Positions 1 through 8,825 of a stretch of DNA of 64,000 nucleotides are shown in pieces. The stretch covers positions 83,212-147,211 of the forward strand of contig CAMAPH010000004.1 of the NCBI GenBank assembly GCA_945859975.1, written 5' to 3'. Each line of letters begins with the position of its first letter. The stretch's first letter is position 1. A model generated the notes under the pieces. It did no database searches, was not told the origin of the DNA, and saw nothing but the letters and a program-made list of their open reading frames with translations. A program made the translations under genes and the position numbers. Source of the DNA: Chthonomonas calidirosea (GTDB taxonomy: Bacteria; Armatimonadota; Fimbriimonadia; Fimbriimonadales; Fimbriimonadaceae).

Positions 1-924
1 CAAATCGCCGCGCAGTTCCGAAACTGGAGCAACCTCACCGAAACATTCGTGATGGATGGCGGCGAAAAGCGCGTTACCACCTCGCACCGATCCAGCATTT
101 TTGAGCGCAACAACAAGGTCAAGCCTTCGCTGTTCACCTTCAAGAACCGACACGGGCAGACGATCCACGGGTTCATGTTCAAACCGGCGGACATGAAGCC
201 GAACGAAAAGCGACCGTTGATGATTTACGTCTACGGCGGTCCGCTCGGAACCGGAAAATCGGTCGAGGATGGTTCGCTCAACACCACGGCTTACTGGTTC
301 AACCAGTACCTTACGCGAGTAATGGGCTACGTCACCGTAACGATCGACACTCGCGGCCAGAGCGGCTACGGCAACGTGTTTGGTAAGGCCAACTTCGAGC
401 AGCCTGGTATTCCGCAAACCGAAGACCTCAGCGACTGCGCTAAGTTCTTGATCCAGAATCACGGCGTCGATCCGAAGAAGGTCGCGCTTAACGGTTGGAG
501 CTTCGGCGGCTTCCAAACCCAGATGTGCATGTACTCCGCCCCCGACGTGTTCACCCTCGGCATCGCCGGTGCGGGACCAACGGAGTGGCAGAACTACAAC
601 ACTTGGTACACCACCGGCGTCATCGGCGCGGTGCCCAACTCCAAGCCAGATGACCTGGACAAGTACTCGCTCACCTACCTTGCAAAGAACCTGCGCTCGC
701 CGCTCCTCCTTCTGCACGGCATGGAAGATGACAACGTTCTGTTCCAGGACACCGTGAACGTCTATCGTAAGCTTCTGCAGTACGGTCGCGGACCGCTCGT
801 AGAACTCGCCCTTGACCCGACGGGAGCCCACGGAATGGGTGGAGACATGGACAGCCGCGACCGCCACGCCATCTACCTCGCCTTCATTCAGAAGTGGTGG
901 GGTCCTTTCATCGCCGGCAAGTAA
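1..924 (+). CDS. S9 family (DPP IV / prolyl oligopeptidase-like) serine peptidase, 5'-partial
   Basis: Frame is open from base 1. Motifs YVYGGP, nucleophile GWSFGG, HGMEDDNV and C-terminal His (GAHG). Confidence 0.9.
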   Translation, partial: QIAAQFRNWSNLTETFVMDGGEKRVTTSHRSSIFERNNKVKPSLFTFKNRHGQTIHGFMFKPADMKPNEKRPLMIYVYGGPLGTGKSVEDGSLNTTAYWFNQYLTRVMGYVTVTIDTRGQSGYGNVFGKANFEQPGIPQTEDLSDCAKFLIQNHGVDPKKVALNGWSFGGFQTQMCMYSAPDVFTLGIAGAGPTEWQNYNTWYTTGVIGAVPNSKPDDLDKYSLTYLAKNLRSPLLLLHGMEDDNVLFQDTVNVYRKLLQYGRGPLVELALDPTGAHGMGGDMDSRDRHAIYLAFIQKWWGPFIAGK

Positions 925-932
925 CGTCGAAA

Positions 933-960
933 GCCGCCCCTAGTACAATCTAGGGGCGGC
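933..960. promoter_or_regulatory. Perfect 11-bp inverted repeat with a TACAAT (-10-like) loop upstream of tRNA-Leu
   Basis: GCCGCCCCTAG-TACAAT-CTAGGGGCGGC. No U-tract on the + strand. Confidence 0.6.
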
Positions 961-972
961 CTCTGAGCCGGA

Positions 973-1058
973 GCCCGGGTGGTGAAATGGTAGACACAGG
1001 GGACTTAAAATCCCTTGCTTGCAAGAGCGTGCGAGTTCGAGTCTCGCCCCGGGCACCA
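973..1058 (+). tRNA. tRNA-Leu(TAA)
   Basis: Acceptor stem GCCCGGG/CCCGGGC plus ACCA; anticodon arm GGGGA-CTTAAAA-TCCCT; long variable arm; T-loop GTTCGAG. Confidence 0.97.
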
Positions 1059-1086
1059 AGCCGCCGTCTGGAACGTCAAAAGAATC

Positions 1087-1407
1087 ATGGTCACGCTGGA
1101 ACCAAGCGTCAAGGATGAGATCGTCTCCCGCCTAAAGGCGGTGCCGGGCGTGAGGAAAATCGTCCTGTTTGGTAGCCACGCACGAGGACAGGCTGGACCA
1201 GACAGCGATATCGACCTGTGGATTGAAATCGACTCGGAACTCACCTTCTTCAAACGCCACGGCTTGCTCCGAGAACGCCTGTATGGGATTCTGAGTCCGT
1301 TCGACTTGTACCCAGTGACCCCAGCTGAGGCCGAGAGACAGGCAGCGGACTTACATTCGATTACGAGCGAAGTCAAGCGGTCGGGAGTCGTTTGGTATGA
1401 AGCCTAG
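1087..1407 (+). CDS. Minimal nucleotidyltransferase (MNT, putative antitoxin), copy 1
   Basis: LFGSHARG...DSDIDL Pol-beta motif. Start placed at ATG 1087 because the longer ORF overlaps the tRNA. Confidence 0.88.
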   Translation: MVTLEPSVKDEIVSRLKAVPGVRKIVLFGSHARGQAGPDSDIDLWIEIDSELTFFKRHGLLRERLYGILSPFDLYPVTPAEAERQAADLHSITSEVKRSGVVWYEA

Positions 1408-1540
1408 TACGGTCGAGTGGCTTGACTTTGCCAAGGCTGACTTGCTTGGAGCACGGGTTCACGCGGAACCTACTAATCTTAAAAATCTCGTCCTATTTCA
1501 CTGCCACCAAGCGTGGCGAAGAAGCGTCAGAAAGCCATGA
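1397..1540 (+). pseudogene. Truncated HEPN gene (47 codons), copy 1
   Basis: Not in the ORF track. Translates MKPSTVEWLDFAKADLLGARVHAEPTNLKNLVLFHCHQA-WRRSVRKP*, matching the N-terminus of the downstream HEPN up to 'QA'. Overlaps the MNT1 stop as in copy 2. Confidence 0.8.
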
Positions 1541-1866
1541 TCACGCTGGAACAGAGCATAAAGGAGGAAATTGTCGCACGCATCCAAGCCGTCCCTGGAG
1601 TGCGAAAGATCGTCCTGTTCGGGAGCCATGCGACTGGAGAAGCGAACGAAAACAGCGACGTGGACCTATGGATTGAGACGGATAGTCCGGCTTCATATCA
1701 TCAACGACAAGTGCAAATGTTGGTCGCTCTTCGCGGAATGAGGGTGCCAATCGACGTCATTGCCCTCACGCCGGAAGAAGTCAAGAGCCGTTGGGGTGTG
1801 CTCGGAACAATTGGTTTCGAAGTTGCAAAGGAAGGGGTGCTCCTCTATGAAGCAGATCACGCTTGA
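1537..1866 (+). CDS. Minimal nucleotidyltransferase (MNT), copy 2
   Basis: LFGSHATG...NSDVDL. Paralog of copy 1 (shared VPGVRKIVLFGSHA). Confidence 0.88.
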   Translation: MITLEQSIKEEIVARIQAVPGVRKIVLFGSHATGEANENSDVDLWIETDSPASYHQRQVQMLVALRGMRVPIDVIALTPEEVKSRWGVLGTIGFEVAKEGVLLYEADHA

Positions 1867-2236
1867 GTGGCTGGACCGAGCAGCCGAAGACTTCGACTTA
1901 GCTGAAGAACTTTTCCAGGCTGAAAGTAGGTTCAAAAACAACATCGCGTTTCTCGCCCAGCAAGCGTCCGAGAAGTATTTAAAGAGTCTTCTTATTGAGA
2001 ACGAGATTGAGTTCCGGAAAACTCACTCTCTTCCGCTGTTGATTGAACTCCTTTTGCCCGCCTTCCCAACCGCTGAAACTGTTCGCCAGGAAGCTGAACT
2101 TCTAACTCCATACGCAGTCGCAAGCCGATACCCCGGTCTGCAAGTTAATGATGTGGATATCCGGCCAGCGATCGAAGCTGCGCGCACGATTCGACAATTC
2201 GTAACTGGGCACCTACCTGCGACGGAAGGCGCCTAG
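1847..2236 (+). CDS. HEPN domain protein (MNT-HEPN partner)
   Basis: WL..A.ED, QQASEKYLK, KTHSL and RYPG motifs. ATG 1847 overlaps the 3' end of MNT2. Confidence 0.88.
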   Translation: MKQITLEWLDRAAEDFDLAEELFQAESRFKNNIAFLAQQASEKYLKSLLIENEIEFRKTHSLPLLIELLLPAFPTAETVRQEAELLTPYAVASRYPGLQVNDVDIRPAIEAARTIRQFVTGHLPATEGA

Positions 2237-2252
2237 GCTTCGCGTTCCCACC

Positions 2253-3263
2253 TCATTGGCCCCCAAGTACGTACTTCGCCCGCAGGTACGAGACCTGATC
2301 AATCAACTCCCGGTTCTTTGTGGAATCAAGTCGGTCCCACCGCTTGCCGTACCAGCCGTCGCTTCCCACTGGGATCGAGGCAAGGGACTTCACCGGATCG
2401 AATGCAAGCACTTTTCGATGCGGTAGCAAGTTCTCAAACAGCAGGTGCGCAAAGCGAGCTTCGTCACGGATAACCTGCGACGCCGGGTCGACCCATCGAC
2501 GATGGCAAGCCTTAGCGAGTTCATTGGTCTCGGGCAGGCGCAGTTCCCTTGCTGTTCGGAGCATCAAGGCGGAGTTGTAACTCCACTTCATTTTCTCGAT
2601 TTTCCCGTTCAGGTCGATGCTATCCCAGTAGAGGCCATCCGACGGGTCCCGCATATTCTTGAGAGTCCAGTCGTAGATTTCTTGCGCCTTCGCTCGGAGT
2701 TTCTTTCCGTCCCGGTGTTTCCCCACCGCCAAGCAAGCTGCCGCGACCGGGGCGTTGGAGCAGGAGTTCTTTGATGCCTTATCCGACTCTCGCCAATAAA
2801 TCCCGCCACCGAGTTTTGCGTCTTCCCCGCTCAGCGCATATTCCAAAGCGCGCTCCGCCCGATCCAGAAACCGCTTCTCTTTGGTCAGTTCAAAAATCTC
2901 GACGAGAGCCATCGCCATCCAGGCGTTATCGTCGTAGTAGCGGTCAACCGGCTTCGGACCTGGTAGCACGTCATATCCCGGGACCGGTCCTTTCGGGTTC
3001 CAATACACCTCAACTGCGTCTGCGTATCGGATCAATCCGGACCGCAACGCAGGGTCCACCCGGGCCGCCGCGACCCAGGCACTCAGAACGACTCCAACCG
3101 TCCAATTGAACGCGACGCCGCTCGCCTTTCCATCGGGCGAAATCGCTTCGGCCAGAAGGGATGAATTCGGCACCGAATAAGCCCGGACCGCCCGCTCGAA
3201 ACCGAGGTTAGTGTCTTTTAAACACGCGACAGGCGACAAAACAACCAAAAGCGCGGCGATCAT
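2253..3263 (-). CDS. Glycoside hydrolase family 76 (alpha-1,6-mannanase-like), exported
   Basis: YYDDNAW catalytic motif, GGGIYW, KNSCSNAP, KWSYN; N-terminal signal. Confidence 0.85.
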   Translation of the reverse strand: MIAALLVVLSPVACLKDTNLGFERAVRAYSVPNSSLLAEAISPDGKASGVAFNWTVGVVLSAWVAAARVDPALRSGLIRYADAVEVYWNPKGPVPGYDVLPGPKPVDRYYDDNAWMAMALVEIFELTKEKRFLDRAERALEYALSGEDAKLGGGIYWRESDKASKNSCSNAPVAAACLAVGKHRDGKKLRAKAQEIYDWTLKNMRDPSDGLYWDSIDLNGKIEKMKWSYNSALMLRTARELRLPETNELAKACHRRWVDPASQVIRDEARFAHLLFENLLPHRKVLAFDPVKSLASIPVGSDGWYGKRWDRLDSTKNRELIDQVSYLRAKYVLGGQ

Positions 3264-3399
3264 CTCAACATCTCCGGGTCTATCATAGCGTCAGAGTGAT
3301 CAGAGACAAATCGCACACAATGTCCTGGGACTTTGCAAAATTTCATCTCAAGATTGAACGAATCGCCACTGTGAAACACTTATTAAAGTACGTGCTCCC

Positions 3400-4566
3400 A
3401 TGACGCCAATCCGAAGTGTGCTCCTCACCACCGCGTGCCTGACGTTACTCGTGCCCTCGCTTGGACGAGCCTGTATCAACGACACCGACACCGTCGAGTT
3501 CGAACTCAAGAACATGAACTTGCTGGACGAGATCAATAAGGCAAAGGGCCACCGCGAAAAAGGGAGGCTCATTGGCGAACTCGTCATCCGCGCCGCCGCC
3601 GGCCGTTTCGAGCGGTTCCCGAAGAAATATTACGAAATGCGGATTAAGCGGCTGAACGCAGAGCGTGATCTCGATCCGTACGATGCCGATGATTTAGCCG
3701 TAGCATACGATCGAATCGGCGACAGCAAATCAGCGATCCGAGTCATCCGCGCTTCCCTTTCCCAGCGTCAGGGCAAGAAAGAAGAGATGTACCGGTTCCA
3801 CGCCAACTACGGAACCTTCCTTGCTCACGATTGGCTTAAGAGTGGAGCGAAGAAGTCCGACGTGAGCCAATTGGATGAGGCGGCTAAGCAGATTGAACTC
3901 GGGCTAAAGATCCAGCCTGACGCGCACTTTGGCCGGGAACGTGTACAGCTCCAACTACTGCGTTACCTATCCGCCCGAACTCGCGGCAAGGAAGACCGCC
4001 CCCTGTTTGACTTTCTGGCCAACTCTCTAAAGAGGGACGAGATTGCAATCGGGTTGTGCGGGCTCGTAATGATGGGTGCAGCCTACGAATCCCCCGACGT
4101 ATTTGCAACGATTGCACAGTGCCGACCATTCGTTTCCAATTCCGGAACGACGGTTGCCTGGTACCGAGCGGCAGAACTTCTGAAAACCCGTGAACCATTC
4201 TCAGAAATCGTTGACCCAGAAATCGACAGGCTCGTAGCAGACAAAGAGCTTCTCGCAGAAAAAACCGAGGGCTCGAAGTTATATGTTCGAATCCGACAAA
4301 ACGGCGAGGCAGTTCACCAGCAGCGCTTGCGGTACATGTTCGATCGCCTTGACAAGGGGAACCATCCGGACTCCGATGAGTACTTCTGGACGGATTGGAA
4401 AGAACCGGCGTATCCGGTCATTCATCAGACAAGCTACAACGAGCGCATGATGTTTCAACAAACCTTGGTGGCATTAGGAACAGCTGGCCTCATGCTCCTT
4501 GCCATCGGCTTTTACGTCCGTGAGCGCATCATCGCCAAGCGGAAAGCAAAGTTGCCGACCAAATGA
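3400..4566 (+). CDS. Exported TPR-like hypothetical protein with C-terminal membrane anchor
   Basis: Signal peptide, helical repeats (DDLAVAY..IG, ANYGTFL, PDAHFGRE), C-terminal TM with basic tail. Confidence 0.7.
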   Translation: MTPIRSVLLTTACLTLLVPSLGRACINDTDTVEFELKNMNLLDEINKAKGHREKGRLIGELVIRAAAGRFERFPKKYYEMRIKRLNAERDLDPYDADDLAVAYDRIGDSKSAIRVIRASLSQRQGKKEEMYRFHANYGTFLAHDWLKSGAKKSDVSQLDEAAKQIELGLKIQPDAHFGRERVQLQLLRYLSARTRGKEDRPLFDFLANSLKRDEIAIGLCGLVMMGAAYESPDVFATIAQCRPFVSNSGTTVAWYRAAELLKTREPFSEIVDPEIDRLVADKELLAEKTEGSKLYVRIRQNGEAVHQQRLRYMFDRLDKGNHPDSDEYFWTDWKEPAYPVIHQTSYNERMMFQQTLVALGTAGLMLLAIGFYVRERIIAKRKAKLPTK

Positions 4567-4583
4567 TTCCAAAATAGACCCCA

Positions 4584-5123
4584 GTGCAATCCACCGCCGT
4601 CGACCTGCTGATCACCGGATTCGGACCGTTCCTCAACATTGAGGACAACCCGTCGAGCTATCTCGCCGAAAACTCCGGGCTCCCGTTCCGAATCCTGCCG
4701 GTCACGTTCGCGGGGGTGGAATCGTTCTTGGCCGAGTGCCAAGGAACGCCTCCGCGACGGTTGCTCATGCTCGGCGTTGCGGCCGGAAGAGCCAAGTTCA
4801 CGCCGGAACTCTTCGGGTGGAATCTCATCGGCGACACCGCCGACGCCGCCGGCGTGACCCAGCCCGGACTCATTGAGCCCGATGGTCCGTTCTTCCGAGA
4901 GTCCACCCTCTGGAGCAAAACTCAACTCATCCAACTTGTCCTTGGCGGAACCACCGGCCTCAGCGGCAGCCCCGGACATTACCTCTGCAACTATGCCCTG
5001 TACCGGGCGCTTGGCACGTTGCCTGGCACCAAAGTTGGCTTTCTCCACGTCCCCGGAGACCAACATATGACGCGAGAAGAGATGCAGCAGAGGTTTCAAA
5101 CGGTGCTGAAAGAACTAAACTAG
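4584..5123 (+). CDS. pcp: Pyroglutamyl-peptidase I (C15 family)
   Basis: LITGFGPF...NPS, GHYLCNY (Cys), GFLHVP (His). Confidence 0.85.
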   Translation: MQSTAVDLLITGFGPFLNIEDNPSSYLAENSGLPFRILPVTFAGVESFLAECQGTPPRRLLMLGVAAGRAKFTPELFGWNLIGDTADAAGVTQPGLIEPDGPFFRESTLWSKTQLIQLVLGGTTGLSGSPGHYLCNYALYRALGTLPGTKVGFLHVPGDQHMTREEMQQRFQTVLKELN

Positions 5124-5127
5124 GGCG

Positions 5128-6051
5128 GTGCCCCGCGTTTCGGTTTTGCTCACTTGCTACAACCACTTCCGCTATTTGCCGGAGGCGCTGGAAGGCATCC
5201 GTAATCAGACCTACCGCGACTTCGAAATCATCGCGATTGATGACGGAAGCACGGACGGCACGCGTGAATGGCTCTCACGCCAAACCGACCTGAAAACCAT
5301 CTTTAACGAGGACAACCTCGGCACCTACGGGTCGCTCAACGTTGCCCTCGCCGCCGCCGAAGGCGAGCTCGTCGCGATCCTCAATGACGACGACGTGTGG
5401 CTCCCAGAAAAGCTGGAGAAACAGGTCGCGCTGCTCGACGCTCACCCCGAAGTCGGGCTGGTCCACACCGGCGGCTACTTCATTGATGGCGACAGCAACC
5501 GGACCGAAGGCAACCCGCTTGGCTTCCGCTTCCCCCGCTTCGAAACTGGCGACATCCTCCTTGGTTTGGTCTTCGAAAACAAAATCATCGCCAGTGCCGC
5601 CCTCGCCCGGACCGAAATTCTTCGCGAACTCGGCGGATTCAATGAGCGCTACTTCGGCAGCGGCGACTGGGAGATGTGGTTCCGCGTTGCCGAGGTAGCC
5701 GACGTCGGCTTCGTCGACGCCCCGCTCACCCTCTACCGGGTCCACGGAGCGAATGCGAGCCACAAGCTCGAACGAATATGGCGAGACGACGAAATGCTCC
5801 GAGAGTGGATCCACGAACGCCTCGACGCGAACCTGAAGGCGGGACGATTGCATCCCCGCGACGTCGGTGAGTTCGGGGCGATGTCGTTCAACTTTGCCGC
5901 GCTCGGCACGGTGCAAATGCTCAACGGAAAGCCCGAGGACGCCCGTCGTAGCTATAAAAAGTCCCTGCGACTGAACCCGCTTCGTTGGCAAACCTACGCT
6001 CGGTATCTCCTAACCTTCGCCGGCCCGGCCAAGTTTCGAAAGTTTCTCTGA
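5128..6051 (+). CDS. Glycosyltransferase family 2
   Basis: PRVSVLLTCYN, IDDGSTD, LNDDD, GDWEMW. Confidence 0.9.
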   Translation: MPRVSVLLTCYNHFRYLPEALEGIRNQTYRDFEIIAIDDGSTDGTREWLSRQTDLKTIFNEDNLGTYGSLNVALAAAEGELVAILNDDDVWLPEKLEKQVALLDAHPEVGLVHTGGYFIDGDSNRTEGNPLGFRFPRFETGDILLGLVFENKIIASAALARTEILRELGGFNERYFGSGDWEMWFRVAEVADVGFVDAPLTLYRVHGANASHKLERIWRDDEMLREWIHERLDANLKAGRLHPRDVGEFGAMSFNFAALGTVQMLNGKPEDARRSYKKSLRLNPLRWQTYARYLLTFAGPAKFRKFL

Positions 6052-6175
6052 AATGCACAGATTCTTGAGAAAAACCCAGCAGTTCCTGCATGATCCTTAA
6101 CAATCGCCAGGGTTATGATCACGGGGGAACCGAACGACGCGCCAACTCGTAACTGCAGGTTCGAACAAGCGGAGC

Positions 6176-7321
6176 ATGTCCAAACGCATTTATCTCGATT
6201 TCGCGGCGACTTCACCCTTACGGCCTGAAGTTAGGAAGGCCATGCTGCCGTGGCTTGAGTCGGGCAACCCAAGCAGCCTCCACATCGATGGCCGCCGTGC
6301 GAAAGGCGCGATTGATCAAGCACGAGAACGGGTCAGCACCGCGCTTGGATGCGAGTTTGGGGAGTGCCTTTTCACCTCCGGTGCAACCGAGTCTGCCAAT
6401 GCCGCCATCATCGGCGCTGCGGTCGCTAACGAGGATCCAACCCGACGGCGCGTGCTCATCTCCGCGGCCGAGCACCACTGCGTGCTCCACACGCAGTCGA
6501 TGCTGGAACGCCTGGGCTACCAAGTCACGCTGCTCCCCGTTGGCCGAGACACGAGACCTGACTTCGATAGAGTCGGAGCCGAACTGACCACTGATGTCCT
6601 TCTGATCGCCGTCATGCACGCGAACAACGAGACCGGCGCGATCACGGACGTTGCGGCCATTGCTGATAAAGCTCACGAAGCCGGAGTCCTTGTGTTCTCC
6701 GACGCCGTTCAGACCTTCACCAAGATTCCCAACCTCGTCAAGAAGCTGAGGGCCGACCTCATCGCCGTTTCCGCCCATAAAATCGGCGGACCTCAGGGTG
6801 TCGGCGCCTTGTACGTCAAAGCGGGAACCAAGCTGAAGCCGCTCGTCGGTGGCGGTGGCCAAGAACGGGAGCTCCGGGGCGGCACGGAGAACGTGGCCGG
6901 GATCATAGGCTTCGCCGGCGCAGTGACTTTGCCAATGTCCGACGCAATGACGAAGAGCGCCCGCGATGCTCTCCTAAAGCGCCTAATCTCCGGAGGTGCG
7001 GTGCCGACGCTTTCGCCGGAAACCCCGACCCTGAACACACACTGTCACGTACGGTTCCCAGGCGTCGAGTCAGAGTCGATGCTTATTCGCCTCGATCGCG
7101 CCGGGGTAAGCGCCAGCGCCGGAGCTGCCTGCAGCAGCGGAAGCCTTGAAGCATCACATGTTTTACTCGCCGCCGGATTCTCCGAGGCCGAAGCCAAAGA
7201 GGGGCTTCGCTTCACTTTGGGCCCCGGCATTGGGCCGAACGACGCCATTCTCGCTGCCGATCGAATCATCCAAGCCGCCCAGGCTATTCTGGGCATCGAG
7301 AAATCCCGAGTCGCCAGATAG
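6176..7321 (+). CDS. iscS: Cysteine desulfurase (IscS/NifS family)
   Basis: IYLDFAATSP, GNPSS, SAHK (PLP Lys), GAACSSG. Confidence 0.9.
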   Translation: MSKRIYLDFAATSPLRPEVRKAMLPWLESGNPSSLHIDGRRAKGAIDQARERVSTALGCEFGECLFTSGATESANAAIIGAAVANEDPTRRRVLISAAEHHCVLHTQSMLERLGYQVTLLPVGRDTRPDFDRVGAELTTDVLLIAVMHANNETGAITDVAAIADKAHEAGVLVFSDAVQTFTKIPNLVKKLRADLIAVSAHKIGGPQGVGALYVKAGTKLKPLVGGGGQERELRGGTENVAGIIGFAGAVTLPMSDAMTKSARDALLKRLISGGAVPTLSPETPTLNTHCHVRFPGVESESMLIRLDRAGVSASAGAACSSGSLEASHVLLAAGFSEAEAKEGLRFTLGPGIGPNDAILAADRIIQAAQAILGIEKSRVAR

Positions 7322-7340
7322 CCTCTGGTACCTTGAAATT

Positions 7341-8729
7341 GTGAGTCTGCCCATCGAAGATCTAACGCCGCGACAAATCGTGGCCGAACTGGACAAGTAC
7401 GTCATCGGACAACAAGCCGCCAAGCGAGCGGTCGCCGTTGCTCTTCGAAACCGATACCGCCGACAGCAACTCCCAGAGGAGCGCCGCGATGATGTGATGC
7501 CGAAAAACATTCTCATGATCGGCCCCACAGGCGTCGGCAAAACCGAACTCGCCCGCCGACTCGCGCAACTTGCCCGCGCCCCGTTCGTTAAGGTCGAAGC
7601 CACAAAGTTCACCGAGGTCGGCTACGTAGGCCGAGATGTGGATTCGATGGTTCGAGACCTGGTTTCCCACGCGGTCCGAATTGTAGAAAAGGAGAAGTTC
7701 GAGGCCGTTCGCGAAGAATCCGAGCGCCGAGCCATGGACCGACTCGTGGACATGGTCTACGATGGCCCGACTCCGTGGCAAACCAACTTCAACTACTTCT
7801 CTGACGACGCTGCCGAAACCGAAGCCAAGCCCGCGATCAGCGAAGAGGACTACCAAGCCGCTCAAGCATCGCTTCGCGCACAAATCCTTGCCGGTGAACT
7901 TGATAACCAACTCGTTGAGATCGACGTTGAAGAAGCCAACAACCCGTTTGTCCAGGTCTTCTCTGCGCAAGGCATCGAAGAAATGGGAATCGACACCAGC
8001 GCACCCGGCGGACCGTTCGGGTCCCGCCGATCGACTCGCCGCGTGACCGTGCAAGAAGCCCATCCGATGCTGGTGGAAGAAGAGTCGAAGAAAATGGTTG
8101 ATCGAAGCTCGATCAACCGGGAGGCGATCGTTCGCGCCGAGCAGACCGGCATCATCTTCATCGACGAAATCGACAAGGTCGCAATCAAGAGCTCTGGCGC
8201 AGGGCCCGACGTCTCACGAGAAGGCGTCCAGCGAGACTTGCTCCCGATCATCGAAGGTTCGACCGTGCAGTCGAAGTTCGGACCCATCAAAACCGACCAT
8301 ATCCTTTTCATCGCTGCCGGCGCCTTCCACATCGCCAAGCCAAGCGACCTGATCCCCGAGCTACAGGGTCGACTCCCGATCCGCGTCGAGCTCGAGAGCC
8401 TCACCCGGGGCGACCTTCGCCGTATTCTGCAAGAGCCTAAGAACGCTCTGGTAGGACAGTACTTCGACCTGCTCAAGGTAGACGGCGTTGAAATCGAGTT
8501 CACATCCGACGCGCTCGACGAAATCGCCGAGCTCGCCGAAGCGGTTAACGAGAAGATCGAAGACATCGGGGCGCGACGACTTCACACGATGATGGAGCGA
8601 CTTCTGGAAGAAGCCTTGTACGAAGCTCCGGAAACCGAACAGAAGCACATTCGGTTCAACCGAGAGTCGGTTCGAGCCAAGCTCGATCCATTCGTCCGCA
8701 ACCTCGAAACTTCTCGAAACGTGCTGTAG
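7341..8729 (+). CDS. hslU: ATP-dependent protease ATPase subunit HslU
   Basis: LTPRQIVAELD, GPTGVGKT, GYVG pore loop, FIDEIDK, IGARRL. Start placed at GTG 7341. Confidence 0.95.
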   Translation: MSLPIEDLTPRQIVAELDKYVIGQQAAKRAVAVALRNRYRRQQLPEERRDDVMPKNILMIGPTGVGKTELARRLAQLARAPFVKVEATKFTEVGYVGRDVDSMVRDLVSHAVRIVEKEKFEAVREESERRAMDRLVDMVYDGPTPWQTNFNYFSDDAAETEAKPAISEEDYQAAQASLRAQILAGELDNQLVEIDVEEANNPFVQVFSAQGIEEMGIDTSAPGGPFGSRRSTRRVTVQEAHPMLVEEESKKMVDRSSINREAIVRAEQTGIIFIDEIDKVAIKSSGAGPDVSREGVQRDLLPIIEGSTVQSKFGPIKTDHILFIAAGAFHIAKPSDLIPELQGRLPIRVELESLTRGDLRRILQEPKNALVGQYFDLLKVDGVEIEFTSDALDEIAELAEAVNEKIEDIGARRLHTMMERLLEEALYEAPETEQKHIRFNRESVRAKLDPFVRNLETSRNVL

Positions 8730-8825
8730 CAGAAAAAAGTTGGGAAGCTCAGAATACTTCTCCCTATAATCGAGTTGAGTGCGCCGACGAACGTCCTATC
8801 CTCGGCGCACAAGGTTTTGACTGAG

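Noticed and set aside
1015..1676. ORF-track calls starting at 1015, 1422 and 1513
   Set aside because: 1015 overlaps the tRNA, 1422-1676 is an off-frame shadow, and homology between the two MNTs supports ATG 1087 and 1537.
973..2250. Integrative element or prophage at tRNA-Leu
   Set aside because: No integrase and no long att duplication; only the 8-nt microhomology is present.
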